Translations under genes and position numbers: made by a program | Notes under the pieces: generated by a model | The model's input: the letters and a program-made list of their open reading frames with translations, nothing else | Told to the model about the DNA's origin: nothing | The model's database searches: none | Assembly: GCA_010909165.1 (NCBI GenBank) | Contig: VJWM01000011.1 | Location: 1,302,001 to 1,366,000, forward strand | From: Anthoceros angustus | Lineage: Eukaryota > Plantae > Anthocerotophyta | Length of the DNA stretch: 64,000 nucleotides | Direction: 5' to 3' | In this document: positions 13,709-24,591 of the stretch, piece after piece | Layout of the letters: the number at the start of each line of letters is the position of its first letter | Numbering within the stretch: the stretch's first letter is position 1

Positions 13709-14303
13709 TGTAATAAAGGCGCCACCTTGGGCGCGATATAAGAAATGAGGCTCTAGTAAAGCATCTTTCTCTTGGTGTTGATGCGCGTTCTTGCGGACCT
13801 TTGTGAGTCTTCTTGCTAACGTGAGTCTGAGTCACGGCGAGCACGGCGACTCGGGAGATTGATCAAGGTCGTGGCGGACTTAGCGTTGTGGTGTGTGCGG
13901 GGAAGGGTGGCGGTGATCCGTGCTCGTCCGGGCCGCGGTCATCGAGCAGGCAGCGTGGCGGAGGAACTCGGGAGGGTGTGTAGAGCCGGACGGAGGCGGC
14001 CAGAGCAGCGGAGGTCGGCTCGTAACCAGCGTCTTTTCTAAGAAGAGTGTAGCGTGAGAGAGAGAGGAAAGGGGATCGTGAAGGATGTATGTGAGCGATC
14101 TGACGGACGTGACGGGTCCCTTGTTTAGCCATACAAGACTGTCTGAGCGTTGTGAGTAGTTAGGAGTATGTGTGTGTTGAGGTGAGCAGGCGCTAAGGAC
14201 GGTAGAATCACACAGCAGATGCAGGGCCTATCATTCCCTTGGGAGCGGACTTCTTCCTACAACGACCGGGATTATGCGGCCGGTCCATCGGCAAAAGTCC
14301 ACA
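13709..14303 (+). repeat. LTR A (~595 bp), shared between two tandem units
   Basis: TGTAATAAA...GTCCACA, preceded by a PPT and followed by PBS TGGCGCTGCCGGGAA (14307-14321, similar to the tRNA-Asp PBS TGGCGCCGTTGCCGGGGA); homologous to 16667-17269. Confidence 0.85.
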
Positions 14304-16189
14304 TTTTGGCGCTGCCGGGAATGAAATCGATGCGTGGTCCAAAGTGCGTCCTTAGGAAGAGAAGAAGTGAATGCGTGGCGGTCGGCGGCGGTCAAGTGAA
14401 CCGTCGGGAGGATCGGACGTGGTCACTCCTGCTGCTCTCCGAGCCGTGAGAGGAGAGACGCCAAACCCAACGAGAGAGCACCGCCGATCGAGGAGGGAGA
14501 ACGTGGTCGAATTGTGACCAAGACGAGTACGGGTACGAGGGACGCCAACGGAAGAAGGTAGGCGGCCACGCGATGGCGGACCATGGCCCCTACCTCGACC
14601 AAACAAGCGTACTCCATATTCGGAGGAAGAAGGAGGCGGGATGCGGAGACCTTTGTGGAGGACTTCGTGTCCAAAGCCAACTTCAGCGGAGAGGGAGGCG
14701 GCCGCTCATCCAGCTTTTCAAGGGGTTCTCAGGGGCGGTGCTCAATGGTATCGGAGAAAGTACCGACCACCGGAGAATGCCCCACCCGCCTCGCTTGAAG
14801 CTTTGAAAATGCCTTCTTAGAGCGGTTTCGAGGATCGACCGGGAGGGGTATGTATTATCAAAGTTGGAAAATCAGGCGAGGAAGAAGGAGTGGGCTCGTA
14901 CATCGGCGGTTCTATGCACGAGGATCGGCATCCAACCCATACCACGATGCAATGCGGTGGTTCGCGGTCTAGCCAAACCCATGGCGAGCCGTCCTGCTGG
15001 CCGAGAAGGGCGTGGGCAAGGCGGTCGAGGCGGCCGAAAACTACGAGGAATCGCTACATCGGAGGATAAAGAAATCCGCTCAAGGAGGCAAGAAGAAGAA
15101 GAAGAAGCGGGGTTCGAGACTCAGGAGGAAGAGTCTTGAGAGGAGGAGGAAGACCAATCGGAGGTGTCTTGAGGAGGAGGGGCGGTCGTCCAGAAGAAGA
15201 GGCGGAGGTCTCTAGCGAGGAAGAGTATCCCCGCAAGAAGAAGGGCAAAAGCCCGGCTAAAGAAGCGGGGTAAGAAGGAGGTGGTGACACGGCCGGTCAG
15301 AAGCTCCACCGGACCCGACTCCCTCAAAGGAGGTGGCAGTCCGGGAGGACTGGAAAAGTGATAAAGAGAGTAGAGGACACAGCGATAAACAGTTAAGGGA
15401 GGCGGCGGAAAACACCGACTACGGTGCGAGCGCATCTACGGTGTGCCGTGTGCGACAACACGGCCATTGAAATCAAGCGCCCCTCAAGGCGGTGCATCAA
15501 GTGGACTACGAATACGAGGAGGAGGCGAGGAGCAATGGGAAGAGGCCTATCAGTGCAGAAGCCCCTCGGGCGCGATATCCCAAAACCATGTATCAGTCAG
15601 CGGAGGTCCGTCAATACGGGCCCCACCGATGCAAAGACCGCATGGGAGCCCGGGTATCCTCCGTGCAGTAGTGCATTGGGCTGGGAATCACAGCCATTAC
15701 TCCAGCGTGTCCGTACCCAGAGGCGGGGTAATGGGGACTTGACGTGTGGCGGCCAGCGGTGGGCATATGGAGGCGATGCGCTATGTCCCAACCCCGCGCA
15801 GGGCAGTGCGATATGCCACACCAAGCGGAGAACCCGACCACCGCGCCACCTCCTAAGGCGTGACCGTCGGCAGGTCGAAGATGCTCGATTGGCGGAGTGG
15901 GAAGAGATCCCAGTGCAGCGAGATGGAAAGAACAAGATGCGGTGGGGGTGTCGAAAGGAAGGGAGTGGCGTAGAAATCTTGGAGGTGTCTACTCGTGGCC
16001 GAAGGAAGGAGGCGGAAGGCGCCCGGTCGAAGAAGAACAAGGCTGGAGTAAGCGTCACGGGGCCTTAGGAAAACAATCAAGCGGAAATACCGGAGGATCC
16101 GGATGAAGGAGGGGCGGGCGGCTACGGGAGGATTACGAAGGAAGTTCTCACGTCTGAGGAGGGAAAAGTGCATAGCCCACATGGCGAGT

Positions 16190-16365
16190 TGGACCACGAG
16201 GTCCGGACTCTGAAGACCGGACCGAGGTCCGGACTCTGAAGGAGCAGGACCACGAGGTCCGGACCTCAAGGAAGACCGGACCACGAGGTCCGGACCCAGG
16301 GTCGGACCTGGCCTGGACTCGGAAACCGGGACTCGAGTTCGGGGTCGAGACAGACCTCGAGGTCC
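16190..16365. repeat. GGACCACGAGGTCCGGAC tandem array
   Basis: Several copies of GACCACGAGGTCCGGAC(T/C). Confidence 0.85.
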
Positions 16366-16666
16366 GGCTGCGGCGATGGGAGGAGCCCCCGACTTCGCTT
16401 AGGAATGGCGGTGGCCGGCGAGGGACCGAGGGAGGCTGGAGGATGACGTCGTAATGTGGGTTGTCGGACCGCCGCCATGCGGTGAGTTCCGGAGAGAGGA
16501 GGGGCCCCGCCTCACGGATCATCCGATTGAGCGCCACAAGCTGTGACGGAGATTGGACCACCCATCCCGAGTGAACCTGCATCTTCCCGCCCCACCGACG
16601 AAGGAGATAGGGGAGGAAATAGGATGGTAGGCGGGATTAGGGCATCTTGGCATCATCGAATGGGGG

Positions 16667-17269
16667 TGTAATAAACGCCCACGGGCGTAGTATAAGAGGG
16701 AGGCCGCTAGTAAAATATCTTCTCTTGGTGTTGATCGCGTTCTTGCGGACCTTGGGCGTCTTCTTGCTTCGCGAGTCTGAGTCACCGAGGCACGACGACT
16801 CGGGATCAAGGTCCCGTGACGACTTAACGTGTGGTGGTGTGTGCGGGGAAGGACGAGACCCTTGTTCGTCGAGAGCGGCGGTCCAACGCGTCGGCGGGAC
16901 CGGAGCGTGTGAGCCGGAGGTACTTGGGAGGGTGTCTGAGCCGGACGGAGGAGGCCCAGCAACGTGGGAGGTCCTGTGTAGCCACTTGCGTTCTTTTCCA
17001 AGGTTGATAAGTGTAGAGAGAGCGATGAGGAGGAAGAAGAAAGCAGTGTGACGAGCGGACAGCGTCCTTAACGCTTGGCCACACCGGCCTGTTCGGTGAA
17101 CGTTATAAATAAATGGTGTAAACGAAGATTGAGTGTGTTAAGGTGAAGTGGACCAAGAAAGGTGAGAATCGCTGAAGCGCCGCAAACGGAGCTATCATTC
17201 TCTTGGGAACGGACCATTATTAACGACACGGATTGTGCGCGCTTGTCCATCAGCGAAAGTCGCGCCACA
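16667..17269 (+). repeat. LTR B (~603 bp)
   Basis: Follows GAATGGGGG; TGTAATAAAC...GCGCCACA; abuts PPR coding sequence at 17270. Confidence 0.85.
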
Positions 17270-18240
17270 CCACTCCCAATGATGTATTCGTGGATGTGCA
17301 GACAGGTGCCTAATGCCCCTGAGATGCTGCAATTAAGCTTCCAGGGTGGAAACAAATGTCGCTTCATGATCTGTCTTCGCCCCTTTTGCTTGCATCCTGG
17401 CATAGAATCCCTGTCCCCAAGCTTGCCTCTGCTGAGCATATGCTGCAATCATGGCAGTCCATGATACCAGATTGCGATCCGACAAGCTATCAAACACCTG
17501 GTGTGCTTCTTTGATGCCGCCACATTTTGCATACATACTGACCAAGGTATTACCCTCAAACAAGTCTCGACAAACCGAAAGCCGATATATATCTCCTTCC
17601 TGCTTGGACACCGCTCACACTGACAGCCCACAAACATGCCTTTCGCAAGTGAGTGCGATGTTTTGAGGGTGCTCACAAAGCCCCAAGCATCAGGCCACAC
17701 TCCCTCATCTTGCAATTGACGATAAATCTGCAAAGCCCTTTCACTCTGGTCCTGCTGTACATGCGCTGAAATGATTGCGTTCCATGACACAGTGTTGCGT
17801 AGAGGCAATCCCTCAAACACCTGCACCGCTAAGCTCCTCCTCGTGCACTTGTTGATAGAGCTGCAAAGAATGCTATCCTTGGTCCAGCTGGGCTTATGCC
17901 CCAACAGTAGAATTCCGTCACCAGATTCCGCTTAGACAATTCAAGAAACACCTATTTTGCATCCCGGATCCTGTTGTCTGATCCAAAGCCCCATTCCCAT
18001 TCATTTGTGGATGACCATCACATACTTTCCATCCACAAGTGCACATTCCTCCTCCTCCGCAAGGCCAATGCCACAGGCCTGGAGAGCACTCCTAGCATGT
18101 CCAGCTGGGCATCAGGTTTGTCGCCTACCCCAACTATGACCTGCCACGCACAAGAGGTTCTTTGCTGATTGCTGCAAATGCAACTCTTCTTCAGTGGCAA
18201 CCATTTCAAAGCCACGAAGAGTCCAAATGAAATGCACCAT
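17270..18240 (-). pseudogene. PLS-class PPR gene fragment, frameshifted and cut by LTR B
   Basis: DLFEGNTLVSMYAKCGGIKEAHQVFDSLSDRNLVSWTAMIAAYAQ; RNTVSWNAIISAHVQQ; the reading CLHIHEYIIGSG stops at the LTR edge. Confidence 0.85.
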
Positions 18241-18309
18241 AAAGCAATTGCCAGCACAGTAACTAGGTTTTCAGCATCGAATATTTCGGGGATGTAATGA
18301 CTGGATAGG

Positions 18310-19308
18310 CTATGGAATACCGATCTGCCGAAGCCCTTTAGGGTTTTTTTCGATGAGACAAAGAGTTTTCGCCGACACCGCGGAAAACTCTCGTGTCTAC
18401 ACTTCTGACGACATCGGCCGGGCGCCTCGTGTCCGATCTCCACTAAGCCCGGTGTGTGAAGATTCTTTTAGGTTTTGACACACAAGGTTTTCTTTTTTAG
18501 TCTTGTGCATGGGCCATCGCACATCCATTGGCATGACCCCATGTGCCCCATCATCGCCTGCCATAAGGAAACTGCTACGTGCCTTTATGGCAGAAGCGTG
18601 AGGAGCCATTTCCGCCATCCGCTTTTCGCGATCCTCAGCCTTTGTGGTCGAGTAGCCCGAGGCGCCATATACCGCCGCAGGCGCCACACCATCCTGCATG
18701 ATGACATTTGGCCATATGTTAAAAGGATGTGAAACACACCGGATCGAGCATGTTCGAGGCTAACATCCGGCCACGCGACGGTGAAAGGGAAACGCAGCCT
18801 TGAACGACTAGCATGCCCACAATGGGGCTTCCACCGGGCCGAGACATGTCCGATCCGATATATATGTCCATATGTGGTGCAGAAAACCTAAACATGAATA
18901 TGTGTGTTTGACATAAACCCTAAATGGCGTAAAGAAAAGTGGATGACGAGATCGGAACACGAGGGGCAAGTTCCGAGACAAAAACTTTGTGTGCCTACCT
19001 ACGTCGTCCGTGATGTGGCGTATGTGATGAAGGAATTTTGAAGATGCGCAGGCATCTTCATGTAGAATACCGGAAGAAAAAAACTTGTCACACATTTCCG
19101 GCTTAGTGACGAGATCGGTATTCCATAGAACACGAGGGGGCAAGTTCCGAGACAAAAAAAACTTTGTGTGCCTACGGCCCGTCGTCCGCTGATGTGGCGC
19201 GTATGTGATGAAGGAATTTTGAAGATGCGCAGGCATCTTCATGTAGAATACCGGAAGAAAAAAACTTGTCACACATTCCCGGCTTAGTGACGAGATCGGT
19301 ATTCCATA
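18310..19308. mobile_element. Non-autonomous TIR DNA transposon with a duplicated right end
   Basis: TATGGAATACCGATCT (18311-18326) is inverted as AGATCGGTATTCCATA at 19112-19127 and 19293-19308; ~180 bp tandem duplication 18950-19308; subterminal inverted match at ~18433. Confidence 0.7.
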
Positions 19309-19429
19309 CATTTGGCAAGTTAGATATCTCTGCTCTATATAGTTCTGGAATAACTTGGTATTATTTTGCAGACAATAAGATCGATAGCAAATTTTTACAA
19401 GGGGCTGTAGCCGCTCGAAGAACATTAAT

Positions 19430-20050
19430 ATGACGGTGGTGTTACCCACAAACAAGTCTGATTCAAACCCACTCCCCGCAGCTGCCGCAGGTATCTCCTT
19501 CCCTGTTTGAAGGGACACGGCCTTCACACTCTGACAGCCCATGACCACACTTTCCTCCTTTTCGGCAAGTGAGCCACATGCTTTGAGAGTGCTCACAAAG
19601 GCCCATGCAAATGGCCTCTCTCCCTCATCTTGCGATGGAGAACAAATCTGCAGAGCCCTTTCACCCTGGTCCTGCTATACATGCGCTGAAATGCTTGCGT
19701 TCCATGACACAATGTTGCGGAGAGGCAATCCCTCACATACCTCCTGTGCGTCCACGAGGCTACCACACTTTGCGTACATACTAACCAAAGTGCTACCGGC
19801 AAATACATCTGTCCCAAGACCCCGCGGGGCCAGTTGCTGTGCAGCATGTACTTGCTTCCCCTTCTGCAGCAACTCTCGATTCACGTCCTTTCCATCTCTA
19901 GAGAAGAGCAACTTCCTGCTTTCGTGCGAGGCTGCCACATGCTTCGAGAGCAGTGACCAATGTCCGAGCATCACCGTTTTAACTCTCCTCTAACATTTGT
20001 TGATAAAGCTGCAAAGCATGCTATCCTTGGTCCAGCTGGGCTTGTGCCCC
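19430..20050 (-). pseudogene. Second PLS-class PPR fragment, paralogous to 17440-17900
   Basis: TDVFAGSTLVSMYAKCGSLVDAQEVCEGLPLRNIVSWNA; LKACGSLAEKEESVVMGCQSVKAVSLQTGKEI; shares the end motif ATGCTATCCTTGGTCCAGCTGGGCTT with ~17870. Confidence 0.8.
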
Positions 20051-21732
20051 AGAGACCGGAGACCGCAGGCTTCCAAGCACTCACATACTACACTCTCTAA
20101 AAAATCAGGCAAGAAGGATCTGGAGGTGGAAATTTGGAACTGACTCTTTCGCTGAGCATTTCCTCCCTTTCACTGTACGCCATTTGAAAAGAGAAACTTG
20201 AGCTTGAAATAAGCTTAAAGCTGGTTGGAGATGGAATTCTAGCACGACAACTTCCACACAAGGAATTAAGTCATGTACGAGGTTTCCAAATTTCCAAAAT
20301 GCAGTCCCGCCACAGTTCAAGTGTTGTTTCAGGACAGCCATCCCGGAACCATGTTACGGTAGGCTGAGGCCCGATTTGGCAGCCACAACGCGCGGTAACT
20401 GTCGATTCCAAGCTACTCCAACAGTAGTTAGCAAACTGAGCAGGGTATGGAGTGGATCCTTCATTCCAGTCAGTATTGCAGCCTCAGTTATTACACAGAA
20501 TGTTTGATGGCCAAACAAGAAATTGAATATCAAGTCACCAACTGCACGATGTTATGAGCTGTCGGCCATCGTCTTTTCCCGACTGTACAGAAGACTGCTG
20601 TGCTCGTTGGCGGTTGCATAGGGGCGAGCGCCAAGTAGGCGCACCCCGAAGAAGAATATGGACATGGGTAAGCAGAGCGCTCTATGAAGAGGGAAGGGAA
20701 TGAGAACCATCCGTGGAACATGGGGATCTTGGATGACAAACTGTCGACCTTGGGATTCGAATCCAAGTTGTTCGAGTGAGACTCGAACGTCCTATCCGTG
20801 TACAATACAGCGGAAACACATTACATAAGCTGGTTCAGACCAAGCTGGTCTCTACACAGCCATGTTCAGCCGGCGATGCACAAGAGGCAGATGAGGTAAC
20901 ATTGGATTTTTCTTCTGTACTGGACCCTTGCTCAAGATCGATAGCAAATTTTTATAAGGGGCTGCTGCTGCTCGGAGATTGCGTCCACATTAATATGATC
21001 ACAGTACTGGAACTCCTGAACTTAAAGGTCCACCGGTGGGAAGCTCAGTGTCCCCCGAATAGTGGGAAACGTCGCGCTGTAAAAGAAATGGACACCTGAA
21101 GTCGGACAAGACATATGAAGTTGGAATTGACATTGCATACAAATGCTTGTTGTGAACTTACTGCTTTCACAACCGAAAGCCAGATCACAAACGTTGCAAC
21201 AAGCAGTTGAACATCTGAGAGGCAGAACGAGAGCAAAACCATCCTCCCTCGTGCTATTAGGACACCAGATCGCGACTCTGGTTCGTAACATTTTCCATCC
21301 GGATTCCCTTGGATCTGATCCATCTAAAGCAACGGGCCATGGCAAACCAAAACTGCACACACGCACAAGCTTGCAAGGCTGCAAGCCAGCCGAATTTACA
21401 TCTGACTGCTCCGAGTTTATGTACACATCGCTACGATCCGCACTAGTCTTGGGTGAGCAGGACCTCCACATTCCTGATCCGCTTGGTCGGGAATGTCCGC
21501 CGACTTCGGACACCAGTGTTGACGCTCACGTCCAGACAAATCTCCCGCCCTTGCCTGCCCTTGCCCGCCCTTCAACAACCCACCACAAGAGTCTTTGAGA
21601 TCCAACACAATGTCGCCATTCTAAGTGTCTGCATTTGCATTTGCTAATTGACGTACTGGAGTCACGGCTGGAGAATGCGACGCTACCGTTGACACAATTA
21701 CCTCGGCCAAGTACTTGCGCATTCCGTGTCCC

Positions 21733-22452
21733 TCACTTCCCGTGGCCGCCGCCTCCATAGCCACCACCTCCTCCATGGCCGCCGCCACCTCCATGGCCGC
21801 CCCCTCGATGCTCGCCGCCTCCATGCTCGCCGCCGCCTCGATGCTCGCCGCCTCCATGCTCGCCGCCGCCTCGATGCTCGCCGCCTCGATGCTCGCCGCC
21901 TCGATGCTCGCCGCCTCGATGCTCGCCGCCTCGATGCTCGCCGCCTCGATGCTCGCCGCCTCGATGCTCGCCGCCTCGATGCTCGCCTCCTCGATGCTCG
22001 CCGCCTCGATGCTCGCCGCCTAGACGCCCGCCGCCTCCGTGCTCGCCCCCTCCGTGCTCGCCACCTCCATGGCCTCCTCCATGGCCACCTTCGTTGCCGC
22101 CATCCCAGCTTTCGGTTTCGGCGTCACTTCTGCCGTGGTGTCCCTTGTTGTCGTTACCCCCACTGTAGCCTCCCCTCTTCCCTTTCCCCTCATTACCACC
22201 GTAGCCTCCATTCCACTTGCTGTTGTCCCCAACTACAGCACTGTAGCCTTCGTTCCCCTTCTTGTTGTCCCCACCACTGTAGCCGCCTCTGTTCCCCTTC
22301 TTGTTGTCCCCACCACTGTAGCCGCCGTCGCGTTCCGAGTCCTCGGAGAGCACTCGTGCGCCGTGGACCTCCTGGGGACACAGCAATGGCAGCAGCAGGA
22401 GCAGGGCGAGCAGCAGCGCGCCCAGAGCGGGCGCCATCTTGCGGACCTTCAT
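21733..22452 (-). CDS. Secreted glycine/histidine-rich repeat protein (GRP-like; GGEHR repeats)
   Basis: Intronless ORF; ATG 22452 (or 22437); signal peptide MAPALGALLLALLLLLPLLCPQEVHG/ARVL; GGYSGGDNKKGN repeats followed by ~14 GGEH(R/G); TATATA about 90 bp upstream. Confidence 0.85.
   Translation of the reverse strand: MKVRKMAPALGALLLALLLLLPLLCPQEVHGARVLSEDSERDGGYSGGDNKKGNRGGYSGGDNKKGNEGYSAVVGDNSKWNGGYGGNEGKGKRGGYSGGNDNKGHHGRSDAETESWDGGNEGGHGGGHGGGEHGGGEHGGGGRLGGEHRGGEHRGGEHRGGEHRGGEHRGGEHRGGEHRGGEHRGGEHRGGEHRGGGEHGGGEHRGGGEHGGGEHRGGGHGGGGGHGGGGGYGGGGHGK
21805..22022. repeat. 15-bp coding minisatellite (GCTCGCCGCCTCGAT)n
   Basis: Near-perfect tandem repeat encoding GGEHR on the minus strand. 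Confidence 0.95.
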
Positions 22453-22542
22453 TGCCGGCAGCGCTGATCGATCACTCTCGCTGCTTGCAGGCAAGTGACT
22501 CTAGATGGGTGCATTGTGATTCCTGTCCACAAGCTCGGCCGG

Positions 22543-22548
22543 TATATA
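22543..22548 (-). promoter_or_regulatory. Putative TATA box of the Gly-rich gene
   Basis: TATATA in a GC-rich context ~90 bp upstream of ATG 22452. Confidence 0.45.
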
Positions 22549-23170
22549 ACGTCCGGCCGCCCACAGCCGGACGTGGATAGGCCTCCACCGACGCTCGTTG
22601 CTCCAGTGAGCTGCAGTTCCAGGTCCAGGTGCTCATGTCAATCCGGTACAGGCTACGACTCGTAACTGCCACTTCCCGCAAACCCCAGGGTCGGCGACTG
22701 CTGGCCGTCGGATCGATCCCGCCCAGGTAACAAGACGTAAGCATGAGCTCCACGTAGCCACATCGTTTCGTCAGCGGGGAAATGGAAGGATGTGAGGCCC
22801 TTCGCCTCGACCTTCCTCGCTCCCGGGCAGTCTGACGTCGCTTCTGTCTGTCCGTCCGTTCCCTTTCCCCGGAACACCGGCCACACAATACCTTGAGAAA
22901 TACATACGCGGCGGCTTCCAGGAAGCTAGGCAGCTCCATCTCACCGCTTGTACTCTACACAGCCCATGTACATGTATACCGGCATTGCAAGGACAAAATC
23001 GATCGAGATCGATCGTGAGCTCCTGAGGACAGGTCTGAACTTTGTTAGACAGATCTGACAAGGTACCGCAGATCGTTTGCGGCGAATTCGTCAAGACAGG
23101 CAGATGGAACTAACTGGTCGCGATCGGTGCAGACAGCTGACTGATGTGATTCTGGGCGGTGCAGTGGGGG

Positions 23171-23207
23171 GGACTGAGGACTGAGGACTGAGGACTGAGG
23201 ACTGAGG
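23171..23207. repeat. (GGACTGA)5 microsatellite in the divergent intergenic region
   Basis: Read directly from the sequence. Confidence 0.9.
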
Positions 23208-23569
23208 AAAGCAATCAGATTAGGTCTGACCTGCGAAGCAGTCGACTGCGCGCGCACACCCAGTGCCAGTTCCAGTCCCAGCTCAAGTCCAAGTCCAAGT
23301 CCCAGCTGGAGCCAAGTGCATGCACACCTCGGTATGCAGCGCGTGCCGGAACCCACAGCTGGAAGCTGGTGCTGGCATCCCATCTGCAGCTCCTGCTCCA
23401 GGAGTCCGCGTTTGGAACTGGAGCTGCTTACGGACCCATTGCCATCGCGGCCTGCAGGCTGGGGCTCGGCGCTCGGCAGGTTAAGAAGGCTCCGGCCTGG
23501 GCGTGTTGATGCTGTGTCCAGATCTAGAGCACGGGAGACGTGGACGCAGGGAGAGCTGTTTCGGCCACG

Positions 23570-24591
23570 ATGAAGACCCCGGTGCTCGCCGTGGTCGTCC
23601 TCGCCCTGCTGCTTGCAGGAGCAGCAGCAGTAGCAGGGTTCTCGATCTCGGAGGAGGGGCGGGTGTGCCCCGCGGGGTTCGAGCGATGCGGCAGGCACCG
23701 CTGCTGCAATGTGGAGTCCGGGGAGGAGCTCATCTGCGTGTGCAGCTTGCGGGGCGAGGACGGCCGTCGGAAGTGCGACTGTCGACATACCCATCCGGTG
23801 GCAGCTCGGAGCAGCAGAGCGCTGGGTGGCGAGGGCGGCAAGGGCGGCAAGGGCGGCGGGGAGGAGAAGAAGCCCCCGTCGTGCAAGACTTGCGCCCCGA
23901 AGGAAGCGCCCCAAGCTCCTCCACCCCTGCCCTCCGCCGCCCTCAGTACCTGGGACTTCCCCGGAGACGAAGCCTCCACCTCCTACGGCAGCTCCCGAGG
24001 AGAAGCCGCCGCCATACCTGAAACCCCCACGACTTACCCTGAGACGAAGCCGTCGCCTCCCAAGGTCTCCCCCGAGGAGAAGCCGCCGCCCCCTACCCCG
24101 ATTGCTCCGGAGACAAAGCCGCAGCCTCCCAAGGCCGCGCCCGAGGAGAAGCCACCGCCTCCTACCCCGACGGCTCCGGAGATAAAGCCTCAACCTCCCA
24201 AGCCCTACCCGGAGGAGAAGCCGCCCCCGACCCCGAAAGCTCCGACGACTTCCCCGGAGACGAAGCCGTCGCCTCCCAAGGTGTCACCCGAGGAGAAGCC
24301 GCCTCCCCCAACCCCGAAGCCGCCCACGACGGCTCCGGAGGTAAAGCCGCCGCCGCCGGCACCCTGCCCGCCTCCCCCGCCCTGCAAGAAATGCAAACCA
24401 GGGAAGGCGGCGGAGGCGGCGGAGGCGGTGGAGGCGGCGGCGCTGGCGGCGGTGGAGGAGGCGGCGGCGGTGGAGGCGGCGGTGGCGGCGGCGGAGGCGG
24501 CGGCGGCGGTGTTGGAGGAGGAGGTGGAGGTGGCGGTGGTGGCGGTAGCAACAGGAAGCTGCTCGCCAAGCCATTGGATCGTCTCGCTTGA
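23570..24591 (+). CDS. Secreted Cys-rich / Pro-rich (EEKPPPPTP) / poly-Gly cell-wall-type protein, with apparent frameshifts
   Basis: Signal peptide MKTPVLAVVVLALLLAGAAAVAG; 8-Cys block; ETKP/EEKPPP repeats; poly-Gly..SNRKLLAKPLDRLA* in a shifted frame after CKKCKPGK. Confidence 0.8.

Larger units (their letters stand above)
1..14303 (+). mobile_element. Ty3/Gypsy (non-chromovirus, Athila/Tat-like) LTR retrotransposon, 5' part outside the window
   Basis: pol remnant, long 3' region with repeated accessory ORF, PPT GAGAATAGGGGG (13697-13708), LTR 13709-14303. Confidence 0.8.
13709..17269 (+). mobile_element. Non-autonomous gag-only LTR unit (LTR-PBS-gag-3'UTR-PPT-LTR)
   Basis: Decayed gag-like region ~14560-16100 (DAETFVEDF; GKAVEAAENYEESL; a knuckle-like HYSSV at ~15695), no pol, then a GTCCGGAC array and a 3' UTR homologous to 13200-13700. 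Confidence 0.75.

Noticed and set aside
20500-21650. Possible gene between the PPR fragments and the GRP
   Set aside because: No coherent exon chain or motif could be established.
21715-22580. + strand ORFs with MLAAS and RRLDA repeats
   Set aside because: Shadow frames of the GGEHR minisatellite; only the minus frame has a signal peptide.
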